A stretch of DNA of 64,000 bases, from NCBI GenBank assembly GCA_026393975.1, contig JAPKZD010000003.1, positions 161,814 through 225,813 on the forward strand. The letters are read 5' to 3'. How positions within the stretch are numbered: the first letter of the stretch is position 1; each line of letters opens with the position of its first letter. Source of the stretch: Candidatus Aminicenantes bacterium (GTDB lineage Bacteria > Acidobacteriota > Aminicenantia > Aminicenantales > Saccharicenantaceae). Shown piece by piece: positions 25,766-35,304 of this stretch. The position numbers and the translations under genes are program-made. The notes under the pieces are model-generated. The model was not told the DNA's origin and searched no databases. It saw only the letters and a program-made list of their open reading frames with translations.

Positions 25766-27936
25766 CCGTCTTCGCCCGGGTCGTTTTCGCTCTTCCTTTC
25801 GACCAGTCCTTTCTTTACGCCGTCCCGGAGGAGTTCCTGGCCGCCGCCCAGCCGGGTTCGCGGGTGGTCGCTCCGCTCGGAACGAGACGGCAGAACGGTT
25901 TCATCGTCAGCCTGACGATCGAACCTCCGGCCGCCGGGATCAAGGTCAAGGAACTCGTCCAGGTCCTCGACGACAGGCCGTTCCGGGACGAGCGCTTCCT
26001 CGAATTCACGGGCCGGCTGAGCGCGGAATTCCTTTCGTCCTGGGGCGAGGTGCTCCAGGCGTCCCTGCCGCCTTCACTCGCTCTCAAGACGAAAACGATC
26101 GTCTGCCTAACCGAACCCGGCCGGGCTGGACTCGGGAAAAAGGGACTCGGTCCCAAGGAACGCGTCCTGGCGGCCGTCCTGGCCGAAGCCCCCAAGGGGC
26201 GGAGCCCTCTTTTCCTCCGGAGGAAGACGGGCGGGAAGGACGTTTCCGGGCTCATCGCCCGGATGGAGAAGAAAGGGCTCGTCGAGGTACGGAAATTAAC
26301 CGAAAGAACGCCGCGGCCGCCGAAGTCCGGAGGACCTGACGCGTCCGTACAGCTCGGCTTGGCCTTCCCCGAGAGCCTGGGCGACGCCAGCCTTCTTGCC
26401 CCGGTCGAGAAGGACATCGACGAAGGGCGTTTTGGCGCCTGGTACCTCTTCGGGTCTTTGGTATCCCGGAGAGCGGCCTTCCAGTCCCTGGTCCGACGGG
26501 TCGTCGGCTCGGGGGGCCGCGTTCTTTATCTTTTTCCCGAGGTCGCGCCGACCGAAGAGCTCGTCGCCGGATTCATCAAGGATTACGGCCGGACGGCCGT
26601 CGTCTTCCATAGCCGGATGACCGAGAGACAGAAAGAGGACGCCTGGCGGACCCTGAAGAGCGGCCGCGCCGCGCTCGTCGCCGGGACGCGTTCGGCCCTT
26701 TTCCTCGAAACGGGGCCTCTGCGCCTTATCGTCGTCGACGAAGAGCAGGAGGAGTCGTATGTCCAGGCCGAGAGCCCGTCCTACGACGCCCGGCGCGGCG
26801 CGTGGCTTCGGGCCCGGTCTGAAGGTGCGGTCGTCGCTTACGGGTCGTCGCGGCCGACCGTGGAAGGCTACTCCGAGGCTTGGCGGCAGGGGATGCTCAT
26901 CGAGCTCGGCACGGAGCCGCGGCGGACCCGGGTCACCTTGGTCGACCACTCCCGGGACATCCCTCTCATCTCCCGGGAACTCGAACAAAAGCTCCGGGCG
27001 AACCTGGCGAAAGGGGAGGCCGCCATCCTCTTCCTCAACCGGCGCGGTTATGCCTCCCAGCTCGCTTGCTCCGGGTGCGGCCGCGTTCCCCGCTGTCCTC
27101 GCTGCGACATCCCCCTCGTCTTCCATAAGACCGAGAGCCGCCTCGTCTGCCATTACTGCAACCATGCCGAGGACATCCGGAAGGCCTGCTCCGGCTGCGG
27201 CGGCGAAGTCGTCCTCAGGCGCGGTGCCGGGACGCAGGCCGTCGAGGAGGAACTCGGTCGGCTCTTCCCCCAGGTCCGGGTGGGGCGTTTCGACGCGGAC
27301 ACGGCCGGGGGACCGGAGGAGAGGGCCGATATCATCGCCGGCTTCGTCAAGGGAAAAGTCCCCCTCCTCGTCGGCACTCAGCTCCTCGTCCATCAGCCGG
27401 GCGTTCCGAGGGTCCGGCTCGTCGGCATCCTCCGGCCCGAGGCGCTCCTGGGCTTTTCCGATTATCGGGCCGGCCAAAAGACCTTCGAGGCGGTCTCGGC
27501 CATGCTGGACTTCTGCCGCGACGCGCCGGACGCGGAGGCGGTCATCCAGACGACAGCACCGGCCCACTTCAGCATCGAGGCGGCCGCGGCGGGCGACTAC
27601 CGGGCCTTCTACGACAAGGAGATCGAGTTCCGGCGCGTCCTGAACTACCCGCCGTTCACATCCCTGGCCGAAGTCCTCCTCCAGGGCCGTGACGTCAGAA
27701 TTCTCGGAGCCAAGTCGCGGGAGCTGCGCGCGCTCCTCCAAAAATACGCGCCCGGCCTCGAAGTCCTCGGCCCGGCCTTCGCCTCTGTCGCCCGCGTCCG
27801 GGACGTCTCCCGTGTCCAGTTCATCCTCAAAGCCGCCGAGCGGGAGACGATCGACCGGGCTCTCCGCGAATCCCTGCCCAAGATCCGCCTCAAGAGGTCA
27901 GTCGTCTTCTCTTATTCGCCTTTCCGCGGAGCATAA
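25762..27936 (+). CDS. priA: Primosomal protein N' (replication restart helicase PriA)
   Basis: 3'-DNA-binding N-domain, DExH helicase core, Cys-rich zinc region (CSGCGRVPRCPRCD..CHYCNH..CSGCGG). ATGA overlap with udg. Confidence 0.9.
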   Translation: MTVFARVVFALPFDQSFLYAVPEEFLAAAQPGSRVVAPLGTRRQNGFIVSLTIEPPAAGIKVKELVQVLDDRPFRDERFLEFTGRLSAEFLSSWGEVLQASLPPSLALKTKTIVCLTEPGRAGLGKKGLGPKERVLAAVLAEAPKGRSPLFLRRKTGGKDVSGLIARMEKKGLVEVRKLTERTPRPPKSGGPDASVQLGLAFPESLGDASLLAPVEKDIDEGRFGAWYLFGSLVSRRAAFQSLVRRVVGSGGRVLYLFPEVAPTEELVAGFIKDYGRTAVVFHSRMTERQKEDAWRTLKSGRAALVAGTRSALFLETGPLRLIVVDEEQEESYVQAESPSYDARRGAWLRARSEGAVVAYGSSRPTVEGYSEAWRQGMLIELGTEPRRTRVTLVDHSRDIPLISRELEQKLRANLAKGEAAILFLNRRGYASQLACSGCGRVPRCPRCDIPLVFHKTESRLVCHYCNHAEDIRKACSGCGGEVVLRRGAGTQAVEEELGRLFPQVRVGRFDADTAGGPEERADIIAGFVKGKVPLLVGTQLLVHQPGVPRVRLVGILRPEALLGFSDYRAGQKTFEAVSAMLDFCRDAPDAEAVIQTTAPAHFSIEAAAAGDYRAFYDKEIEFRRVLNYPPFTSLAEVLLQGRDVRILGAKSRELRALLQKYAPGLEVLGPAFASVARVRDVSRVQFILKAAERETIDRALRESLPKIRLKRSVVFSYSPFRGA

Positions 27937-27970
27937 AAAAAAGGGCTCTTCCCGGAGGAAGAGCCCCGTG
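27937..27970. terminator. Rho-independent terminator, mainly for the minus-strand pil operon; also the priA 3' end
   Basis: A8-GGGCTCTTCC-CGGA-GGAAGAGCCC: a perfect 10-bp stem. It is followed by a T8 tract on the minus strand, and preceded by the priA stop on the plus strand. Confidence 0.7.
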
Positions 27971-27988
27971 ATCAGCGTGCGTGCGGGC

Positions 27989-28603
27989 TTACCGCTTGGG
28001 AGCGGAGACTACCGCTTCCGGGTAGTCCGCGAAATAGATCGTCAGGTAGCCGGTTGCCGTGACGGGCTTGTCCATCAGGTCGTGGCCGAAGAGCTCGATC
28101 TTGGCCTTGGTTTCGATGACCGTGGTCGTCCCGACCAGCCCGACGAGCGGCGCGGCCAGCTTGGCCGCTTCGAGGACGACCACGAACGGCACGGCGGTCG
28201 ACATGTCGGCCTGGCAGAGGACCGTGGTGGAGGCGTCGAAGGGGAGCGGGACGTCGACGCCCGGCGTGCCGGGGCTGGTGGGCAGCTCGAAGGTCACCCG
28301 GTAGTTCGTCAGGACGACGTCGTTGAACTGCGACGGGCCGTTGAGGGGCGCGGGATTGATCAGCCGGACCATAATGTTGGCCGTGGCCACGTCCGCCGCG
28401 ACGTAGGTTCCCGAGGTGCCGTTCCTCTGGATATCGGACTGGAGGAAGGGCACGACATCGCCTTCCGTCGTCGTTCCCGTTATGCTTTCGATGATGAGCA
28501 TGCTGCTCGATTGGGCCTCGCGCGACACGTTGTTGCAACCGGACAAGGCCAGGAAGGCGGCCGCTACCGCCAGGACCTTAAGAGTCGGTTTGGTCTTTTT
28601 CAT
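27989..28603 (-). CDS. Lipoprotein (Thr/Val-rich, beta-strand type), last gene of the pilMNOPQ operon
   Basis: 204 aa. Lipobox LALSGC. 16 nt downstream of pilQ and immediately before the terminator. Confidence 0.55.
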   Translation of the reverse strand: MKKTKPTLKVLAVAAAFLALSGCNNVSREAQSSSMLIIESITGTTTEGDVVPFLQSDIQRNGTSGTYVAADVATANIMVRLINPAPLNGPSQFNDVVLTNYRVTFELPTSPGTPGVDVPLPFDASTTVLCQADMSTAVPFVVVLEAAKLAAPLVGLVGTTTVIETKAKIELFGHDLMDKPVTATGYLTIYFADYPEAVVSAPKR

Positions 28604-28619
28604 GGTTCGTGCTCTCCTG

Positions 28620-30917
28620 TTACTTGATGATCCTGGGCGTGATGAAGATCAGCAGCTCCCGGCTCTGCTTCGTTCGGGCGAAGTTCTTGAAGAGGGAGCC
28701 CAGTATCGGGATCTGGTGGAGGAAGGGCACCCGCTCGCGGGTGACCGAGTCCTCCGTCCGGTAGATGCCGCCAATGACCGTCGTGCCGCCGTCGGGGACC
28801 ATGACCGTCGTCTTGGCGCTCTGCATCGTGATCGGCGGGATGCCGTTGACGAGGTTGGCGAAGTCGGCTGCGTTGTTCTGGATCTCGATGGTCATGATGA
28901 TCGTCCCCTCGGCCGTGATCTGCGGCGTCGCTCTCAGCTCGAGGGCGGCGTTGACGTACCGGGTCGTAACGGTGAAGTTGGCCACCGTCTGGACAGGGAT
29001 CTGGCGGCCCTGGATGATCTCGGCCTGCTGGTTGTTCTGGGTGACCACGGACGGCCGGGAGATGATCTTCCCGTCGCCGCTCGTCTCTAGGGCGGACAGG
29101 GCGACGTCGACCCGGAACGTGTCGAGGACGTTAGCGAAGGAGAAGCCCAGGGCCGTGCTGAAGGCCGGGGCGGGCAGGTTGACGGCGTAGCCGCCGAGGG
29201 GCCCGCCGATGCCCTTGGTCACTTCACCCTGGGGAATCACGGCGCCGTTGACAAGGACGCTGTTGGGGAACTGGAGGGAGGTCGGGTTCCCGTGGAACGG
29301 GTCGGCGATGCCCTTGAAGCCCCACTGGATGCCCAGGTTGCGGACGAAGGTGGTCGTGGCCTCGACGACGCGGGCCTCGATGGAGACCTGGGGCGTCGGC
29401 GTGTCGACGACGGTGATGAGCTTTTCGAGGAGGTCGAGCTTGTCCCGGACCTCGGAGACGATCAGCGTGTTGGTCCGGTCGTCGACGATCATCTCGCCGC
29501 GCGTCGAGATCTTGGAACGGAGGAGGGCGGCGACGTCCTTGGCCTTCGAGTAGGACAGGGTGATCGTCTTGACCATGACCGGCCCGGCCAGCTCCTTGCT
29601 CTCCGTGAGCCGCCGCTGGTCCTCCTCCTCGCGGGTCAGGACGCTGACGGGTGCGATGCGCAGGATGTTGCCCTCGATCGTCTTGCCCATCTTGTTCTGC
29701 TTGAGGATGATATCCAGGACCTGGTCCCAGGGGACGAGCTGGAGGTTGACGGTGACGGTGCCCCGGACGTCCGGGTCGAAGACGACGTTCAGGCCGGCGA
29801 ACTCGGCTAGGTAGAGGATGACGTCCCTGAGGTCGGAGTCCTTAAGCTTGAGGCTGATGATGTCTCCGGAGTATTTTTCCTCTTCGCCGGAGATCGTTTT
29901 AGGCTTGAATTTTCCCTGCTGGTCCTGGGCCGCGGCGGCCTTGGGATCCTGCGTCGGAGCGGCGACTTTGCGCGGCGCGAAGAGGGGTTCGGGGGTTATG
30001 GTCTTGGCTTCGGCCTTCGGTTCGATCTTCGGGGCGGCCGTCGGCTCGGACTTGGTCGGGGTCGGCACGGGGGCGGGGGCCGGCGGCGGAGCCGGTTGGA
30101 CGACGCTCACCGCGACCGCGGCGGCCGGGTAGAACGAAACGACAAGTCCGTCCGTCCGGGAATCCATGGCGTAGAGCCCCGCTTCCTTAAGGTCGAAGAC
30201 CATGCGGGTGATCGGCCGCGGAGCGGCGCCCTGGAACTGGGCGACCCGAACCCTCTGGACCGTGGACCGCGGGTCGTTGATCGGCCAGGCATCGGACTTG
30301 GCGGTAAGGACGGTGTCGAAGAGGTCGACGACCAGCCGGGGCGGGTTCTCAAGGGCGAACACCTGGGTGACGGCCGGCCCGGTCAAGTTGGCCTTGACGG
30401 AAACGCTCTCCGCGCCGACGGTCGTATCCAGCTTGTTCAAGAGGATCTCACTCTTGGCCTTGCGGTCGAGCTCAGACTGGGTGGCGGCGTCGATGAGGTA
30501 GCTCCCCTGGGCCCTCTGGATCCGGTTGAGCTCGACGACCGTCCGGCCGGTCTCGGCGATGACGCGGGCCGGAACGCGCTCGCTCAGCCGGATGAGGAGG
30601 CGCAGGTCCTGAGTTCCGGATTTCTGGACTTGGATATCCCGGATGAACGCGGCTTCGGAGGAGGGGACGATCGGCGCCGAGGCCGTCTGGGCGTCGGCGA
30701 TGTCAAGGACGAGAGTCTGGGGGGATTCGGCCAGGTAATACGCCCTCTGGACGTAAAGTAAGCCGTCGGTTTCCATGACCAGTTTCGTCGCCAGCGTGCC
30801 CGGCTGGACCTGGATCTTGCTGATATTTACGGCGGGGCCCGGCCCCTGGGCGTGCACGACGGAGAAAAGGAGTACGCACAGGCCGGTGATTACGGCTGGC
30901 AGGATTCTCTTTTTCAT
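28620..30917 (-). CDS. pilQ: Type IV pilus secretin PilQ (N-terminal AMIN-like domains)
   Basis: 765 aa. Signal peptide, a Pro/Ala-rich linker, and a secretin C-domain ending ..LLIFITPRIIK. Confidence 0.9.
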   Translation of the reverse strand: MKKRILPAVITGLCVLLFSVVHAQGPGPAVNISKIQVQPGTLATKLVMETDGLLYVQRAYYLAESPQTLVLDIADAQTASAPIVPSSEAAFIRDIQVQKSGTQDLRLLIRLSERVPARVIAETGRTVVELNRIQRAQGSYLIDAATQSELDRKAKSEILLNKLDTTVGAESVSVKANLTGPAVTQVFALENPPRLVVDLFDTVLTAKSDAWPINDPRSTVQRVRVAQFQGAAPRPITRMVFDLKEAGLYAMDSRTDGLVVSFYPAAAVAVSVVQPAPPPAPAPVPTPTKSEPTAAPKIEPKAEAKTITPEPLFAPRKVAAPTQDPKAAAAQDQQGKFKPKTISGEEEKYSGDIISLKLKDSDLRDVILYLAEFAGLNVVFDPDVRGTVTVNLQLVPWDQVLDIILKQNKMGKTIEGNILRIAPVSVLTREEEDQRRLTESKELAGPVMVKTITLSYSKAKDVAALLRSKISTRGEMIVDDRTNTLIVSEVRDKLDLLEKLITVVDTPTPQVSIEARVVEATTTFVRNLGIQWGFKGIADPFHGNPTSLQFPNSVLVNGAVIPQGEVTKGIGGPLGGYAVNLPAPAFSTALGFSFANVLDTFRVDVALSALETSGDGKIISRPSVVTQNNQQAEIIQGRQIPVQTVANFTVTTRYVNAALELRATPQITAEGTIIMTIEIQNNAADFANLVNGIPPITMQSAKTTVMVPDGGTTVIGGIYRTEDSVTRERVPFLHQIPILGSLFKNFARTKQSRELLIFITPRIIK

Positions 30918-30918
30918 G

Positions 30919-31371
30919 TTACAGCTCCTCCGTGATTTCTTTGATGATGTCTCTCGGCCTTATGAGGGGGATTCCCCGCTCGTGGGTTTTCCGCAAGACC
31001 ACCTGCGATTCGGTGATGGATAGGACGTACCCGTCCGTGAACTTATCGCCGACGTTGACGAACATGGGGAAGCCTTGGGGCATGCCGATCATGGCGGTGT
31101 AGGTTTTTTTATTCTTGACGATCCCGAAGAGGATGAGGTCGTCGATGAACACCTGGGGTTCGCCGATGGCCGTCTTCTCCCGCATGTCGCGCCCGGTCAG
31201 GAGGTCCTTGAAGGGGTCACGGCGGCCTTCAGGATTGTAGGTGAACCCGGTCGGCGGTGCGACCGTTTGCGCGGCCTCGGGCGGCGGCGCGGCGGTCGTC
31301 TCCTGGGCGAGGAGAGGGATAAGTCCCGTCAAACTGACGACGAGGAGGAGGATGAAGGCTGATTTTTTCAT
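30919..31371 (-). CDS. pilP: Type IV pilus pilotin/assembly protein PilP
   Basis: MKKSAFILLLVVSLTG.. lipoprotein-type signal. LILFGIVKNKKTYTAMIGMPQGFPMFVNVGDKF..GYVLSITESQVVL is a PilP beta-domain. Confidence 0.75.
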   Translation of the reverse strand: MKKSAFILLLVVSLTGLIPLLAQETTAAPPPEAAQTVAPPTGFTYNPEGRRDPFKDLLTGRDMREKTAIGEPQVFIDDLILFGIVKNKKTYTAMIGMPQGFPMFVNVGDKFTDGYVLSITESQVVLRKTHERGIPLIRPRDIIKEITEEL

Positions 31372-31381
31372 CGTATTGGCC

Positions 31382-31948
31382 TCACTTTTTTTTGGCCGGG
31401 GTGGCGACCGGCGCCTCGGCAAAGAAGTAGGTCTTGGCCGTCCAGTCGGCGGAGACCGTGTTCAGCTCCGTCTGGGGGGTCAGGGACTTGATGGTGAAGT
31501 TTTCGATCGTGAACACCCGGGCGAACTTGCTCAGGTGGTCGAAGAACAGTCCCAGGTTGTGGTAGCTGCCCGAGACCTGGATGGGGATAGGCCACTCGGA
31601 GTAGAACTCTTTGTCGATCTCGGCCCCCGGCGCGAAGCTGAGGACGTCGAGGCGGGAATCATAGGCCAGGGTCTGGATCTGCCGCAGGATGTCCGCCGTT
31701 TCCTTCCTCTGGGGGATGTTGACCTCCAGGGTCTTGAGCTTGGTGGTCATGGTGGCGATGTCGGCTACGATCTTGTCCAGTTCCCGCTTCTTCTGCTTCA
31801 GGTTCTGGACCTCCTGCTCGATCCTGACCCGTTCGGCCTTCAGCGCCGTGAGCTTGGTATTCTGAGGTTTGAAGTAAAAAAGGAAGGCCAGGGCGAAGAG
31901 GAGGGCGGCGAAGAGGACGTATCCGTACCAAGGCCAGTTTTTCATCAC
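31382..31948 (-). CDS. pilO: Type IV pilus assembly protein PilO
   Basis: N-terminal TM helix, coiled coil, PilO C-domain. Confidence 0.8.
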   Translation of the reverse strand: MMKNWPWYGYVLFAALLFALAFLFYFKPQNTKLTALKAERVRIEQEVQNLKQKKRELDKIVADIATMTTKLKTLEVNIPQRKETADILRQIQTLAYDSRLDVLSFAPGAEIDKEFYSEWPIPIQVSGSYHNLGLFFDHLSKFARVFTIENFTIKSLTPQTELNTVSADWTAKTYFFAEAPVATPAKKK

Positions 31949-32586
31949 TTCTCCCCTTTCTTGTCAGCGGGTTTCGCGGCGGGTTCCGCTTTCGCGGGAG
32001 CGGGAACGGGCTCCGGCTTCTTCTCGATCACGGCCCGGAGGGCGAACTCCAGGAACTGGTCCCCTTGGCCGGTTCTCTGTGTCGAAGAGACGAGGTTGAC
32101 GTTCATGATTTGGGGGCTGGCCTCGAGGCTGGAGATATAGTCCGCGACGAGGTTGTTCGACAGGGCCCGTCCCTTGATCTGGATGCCCTTGTCGTCGTAG
32201 ATCACTTCGCTCAGCCAGACCCAATCCGGGAGGCGGCGGCTCAGCTCGTCCATGAGGCGGGGGGCCAGGTCGCGCTGGGCGTTGAGGCTCTCGATGAGGG
32301 TGATCTTCCTGTCCAGGGATTCCCGGGCTTGCCGCTGCTCCTCGAGCTTGGCCTCGACGTACTGGAGCTGGCTTTTCTCTTGGCGGGCGAGACCGAGGAG
32401 TGTGTTTTCCCTGTCGAACGCCTTTTGCTGGAAGAAATAGAACAGGCCGAGCCCGATGACGAGGAGGAGGAAGACCAGGTTCCCGAGGCTCGTGCCCTTC
32501 TTGCTTCCTTCCTCGGATATCCCGGGGACGGCGACCGTTTCCCTGATGTCCTTGGTTTCCGGCTTGAGGAGGTTGATCCGTATCAT
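31945..32586 (-). CDS. pilN: Type IV pilus assembly protein PilN
   Basis: MIRINLLKPE.. then a TM helix and coiled coil. Overlaps the pilO start by 4 nt. Confidence 0.8.
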   Translation of the reverse strand: MIRINLLKPETKDIRETVAVPGISEEGSKKGTSLGNLVFLLLVIGLGLFYFFQQKAFDRENTLLGLARQEKSQLQYVEAKLEEQRQARESLDRKITLIESLNAQRDLAPRLMDELSRRLPDWVWLSEVIYDDKGIQIKGRALSNNLVADYISSLEASPQIMNVNLVSSTQRTGQGDQFLEFALRAVIEKKPEPVPAPAKAEPAAKPADKKGEK

Positions 32587-32588
32587 GG

Positions 32589-33668
32589 TTACTTCTCCAC
32601 CTTTCGGGTTGCCAAACCGACGGCGACACCGAAGATCGGCGCCATGTCGCTGAAGTAGACCGCGTCGAACTTCTTGTCATCGACCCGGATATTGCGGAAG
32701 GGATTGAGGATCTCCGTCTTGATCCTGAACTTGGTCTCGAAGGCGCTGACCATGCTCATGACGTTGGCCAGTCCGCCGCTGAGGACGATCTGATCGATCT
32801 TCCTCTCCCGCTTCTCCGAAGCCTCGTAGAAGGAGAAGGTCTTCTCGATCTCGTCGAGGAGGTCGCGGACGTTCATCGACAGGAGCGTCGCGAATTGTTC
32901 CGGGGTCGTCGATTTCCCGGGGATGCCCTTGAGGAGCTTTTCCGCCTCTTCGAACGAGATGCTGAGCTCCTTGCGGATGTTCTCGGTGAAGAAAAAGCCG
33001 CCCAGGGACAGGTCACGGAAGAGCTGGGGCGTGCCCCGCTCGACGATAACGACGTTGGTGATGTTGGCCCCGACGTTGATGAGGGCGATCGTCTTTTCGG
33101 CAAAGATTTCGGGGTAGCTGACTTCGAGGGCGTTCTGGAGGGCGAAGACGTCGACCTCGATGCTCTGGAGGTTCTTTCGGGCCTGGTTGATGATATTGCT
33201 GTAGTTGGCGATCTTGTCTTTCTTGGCGGCTACGAGCAGGATGTCGAGGTTTTTCTCGTCGGTCGAGCGCGCCGGCTTGAGGATGGCGTAATCGACGTTC
33301 GTCTCCTCGTAAGGGTAGGGGATGTTGTGTTTCGCCTCCCAGATGATGGACTCGGCTAGTTCCTGCTTTTCCATGACCGGGAGGGAGATCTTTTTGATGA
33401 TGACGGAGTTGCCGGAGATGGAGATGGCCACGTCCTTGTTGGAGATCTTGTTCTCATCGAAGACCAGGCGGATGGTCTCGACGACGGCGGCCGAGTCGAT
33501 GATGGTCCCCTCCACGATGGCGTCGTGAGGCAACGGCTCGTAACCGATTTTCACCACCTCGTAGGCCTCTTCCGCGCCCTTCTTCCGGGGGCGGAGTTCG
33601 ACGGCCTTGATGGAATAGGAACCGATATCCAGCCCGACCACGCTTTTTTCTCGAGAGATACCGAACAT
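32589..33668 (-). CDS. pilM: Type IV pilus assembly ATPase-fold protein PilM
   Basis: VGLDIGSYSIKAVEL.. actin-like fold. It is 12 nt downstream of the coaD stop. Confidence 0.9.
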   Translation of the reverse strand: MFGISREKSVVGLDIGSYSIKAVELRPRKKGAEEAYEVVKIGYEPLPHDAIVEGTIIDSAAVVETIRLVFDENKISNKDVAISISGNSVIIKKISLPVMEKQELAESIIWEAKHNIPYPYEETNVDYAILKPARSTDEKNLDILLVAAKKDKIANYSNIINQARKNLQSIEVDVFALQNALEVSYPEIFAEKTIALINVGANITNVVIVERGTPQLFRDLSLGGFFFTENIRKELSISFEEAEKLLKGIPGKSTTPEQFATLLSMNVRDLLDEIEKTFSFYEASEKRERKIDQIVLSGGLANVMSMVSAFETKFRIKTEILNPFRNIRVDDKKFDAVYFSDMAPIFGVAVGLATRKVEK

Positions 33669-33680
33669 GTTTCCCTGCCT

Positions 33681-34187
33681 TTATGAAGATTGGACTTTTT
33701 TAGACTTTTTGATCTTGTCCCTGAGCTTGCGGGCTACCAACCCGGGCACGAGGCCCTCGACGGAGCCGCCCAGCGCGGCGACTTCGCGGACCAGGTTCGA
33801 GCTGAGGAACGAATAATTGACGTTGGGCATCATGAAAAACGTCTCGATGTCCGGGGCCAGGTTCCTGTTCATCAGGGCCATCTGGAATTCGTACTCGAAG
33901 TCCGAAATGGCCCTCAGACCGCGCATGACGACCCCCGTCCCCCGGGCCCGGGCGAAATCGACCAGGAGTCCGTCGAAGGCCCGGACTTCGACCTCCTTTT
34001 TCGAGGCAAAAATATCTTGAATCATTCTTACTCTCTCTTTAGTCGTGAAGAGAGGGGCTTTTTTGGGATTTTCGAGGACGGCGACGACGATTCGGTCGAA
34101 AACCCTAAGGCCGCGCTCGATGATGTCCACATGCCCGTTCGTGATGGGGTCAAAAGACCCGGGGTACAGGGCGCTCGTTTCCGGCAT
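33681..34187 (-). CDS. coaD: Phosphopantetheine adenylyltransferase
   Basis: LYPGSFDPITNGHVDII (the H/T-x-G-H motif). Confidence 0.9.
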   Translation of the reverse strand: MPETSALYPGSFDPITNGHVDIIERGLRVFDRIVVAVLENPKKAPLFTTKERVRMIQDIFASKKEVEVRAFDGLLVDFARARGTGVVMRGLRAISDFEYEFQMALMNRNLAPDIETFFMMPNVNYSFLSSNLVREVAALGGSVEGLVPGLVARKLRDKIKKSKKVQSS

Positions 34188-34337
34188 TTGGACTCCCAGT
34201 TAACTCCTCAATGTGATTTACTATCCAAATATCAAAAAAAAAGGGGCGTGTCAATGAAAATTCTCGGGGAAAGGGGGTCCGGGAGGACTTCGCGCCGGAC
34301 CCGGCTTGTGTCATAATATAGGGAGGAAGGAGGGCCG

Positions 34338-35123
34338 GTGAGAAAAACGGCGGGGGAGGGGAGCCGGGGAGGGGGCCTTTGGGCGTCGCGGCCGCCTAGC
34401 CTGTTGTTACCGCTAAGGGTGATCCTTCTTGCCCTGGGACTTGCCGCCGCAGCGGGATCCGTCGGTCTTCAGGACGACGCGACCTTCGCCCGAAGGCGGC
34501 AGGAGATGGTCTCATCCCAGGTCGCGGCCCGGGGTATCCACGACCCGCGGGTCCTAAAGGCCCTGGCCGGCGTCCCCCGACATCTTTTTGTCCTTCCAGC
34601 CGATAGTGACCAGGCCTACGAGGACCATCCCCTGCCGATCGCCGAGGGGCAGACGATCTCCCAGCCCTATATCGTGGCCCTCATGACCGAGTGCCTAGCC
34701 TTGAAAATAAGCGACAAGGTGCTCGAAATAGGGACCGGTTCCGGCTACCAGGCGGCTGTGCTCAGCCTGATCGTCGACCGCGTTTTCACGGTCGAGATTC
34801 ACGACACGCTAGCCCGCCGGGCGGCGGAGACGCTCGAGCGCCTGGGCTTCCGGAACGTCCGGATCCGCTCCGGCGACGGCTTCTTCGGCTGGCCCGAGGA
34901 GGCGCCCTTCGACGGCGTCATCGTCACCTGCGCCGTCCCCGAGGTCCCGCCGGCCCTCTTCGCCCAGCTCGCGGAAGGCGGACGCCTAGTCATCCCCCTC
35001 GGCGAAACCCTCACTTATCAACGCCTGACCGTTATCACCAAGAAGGCCGGAAAACCCAGCGTCCAGCAAGTCCTCGATGTCCGCTTCGTCCCCATGACCG
35101 GCGAAGCGTTAAAGAAAAAATAG
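34338..35123 (+). CDS. pcm: Protein-L-isoaspartate O-methyltransferase with N-terminal signal/TM segment
   Basis: GQTISQPYIVALMTE..LEIGTGSGYQAAVL SAM-MTase motifs. GTG start after AGGAGG. Hydrophobic N-terminal segment LLLPLRVILLALGLAAAAG. Confidence 0.8.
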   Translation: MRKTAGEGSRGGGLWASRPPSLLLPLRVILLALGLAAAAGSVGLQDDATFARRRQEMVSSQVAARGIHDPRVLKALAGVPRHLFVLPADSDQAYEDHPLPIAEGQTISQPYIVALMTECLALKISDKVLEIGTGSGYQAAVLSLIVDRVFTVEIHDTLARRAAETLERLGFRNVRIRSGDGFFGWPEEAPFDGVIVTCAVPEVPPALFAQLAEGGRLVIPLGETLTYQRLTVITKKAGKPSVQQVLDVRFVPMTGEALKKK

Positions 35124-35147
35124 TCCGAGTTTTTTTCTTCCTATTTG

Positions 35148-35262
35148 GGCCGAGGGGCATCGTTGACGGTAGCATAAAGCGGGGATTTAGCCGTCATGGG
35201 ATGGGGCAGGCCCATGACGACGTTAAAAATCCACGCGCGGACGGAGACGATACCCTGAGGCC
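35148..35262 (+). repeat. Structured intergenic repeat, copy B (plus orientation; variant central hairpin)
   Basis: GGCCGAGGGGCATCGTTGACGGTAGCATAAAGCGGGGATTTAGCC-[GTCATGGGatggggcaggCCCATGAC]-GACGTTAAAAATCCACGCGCGGACGGAGACGATACCCTGAGGCC. The ends are conserved with A, C and D; the middle is replaced by a different perfect 8-bp hairpin. Confidence 0.7.
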
Positions 35263-35304
35263 CATACGTTGCTTTTGACCGGCGACTGTGCTACTTTTTA
35301 GGCG

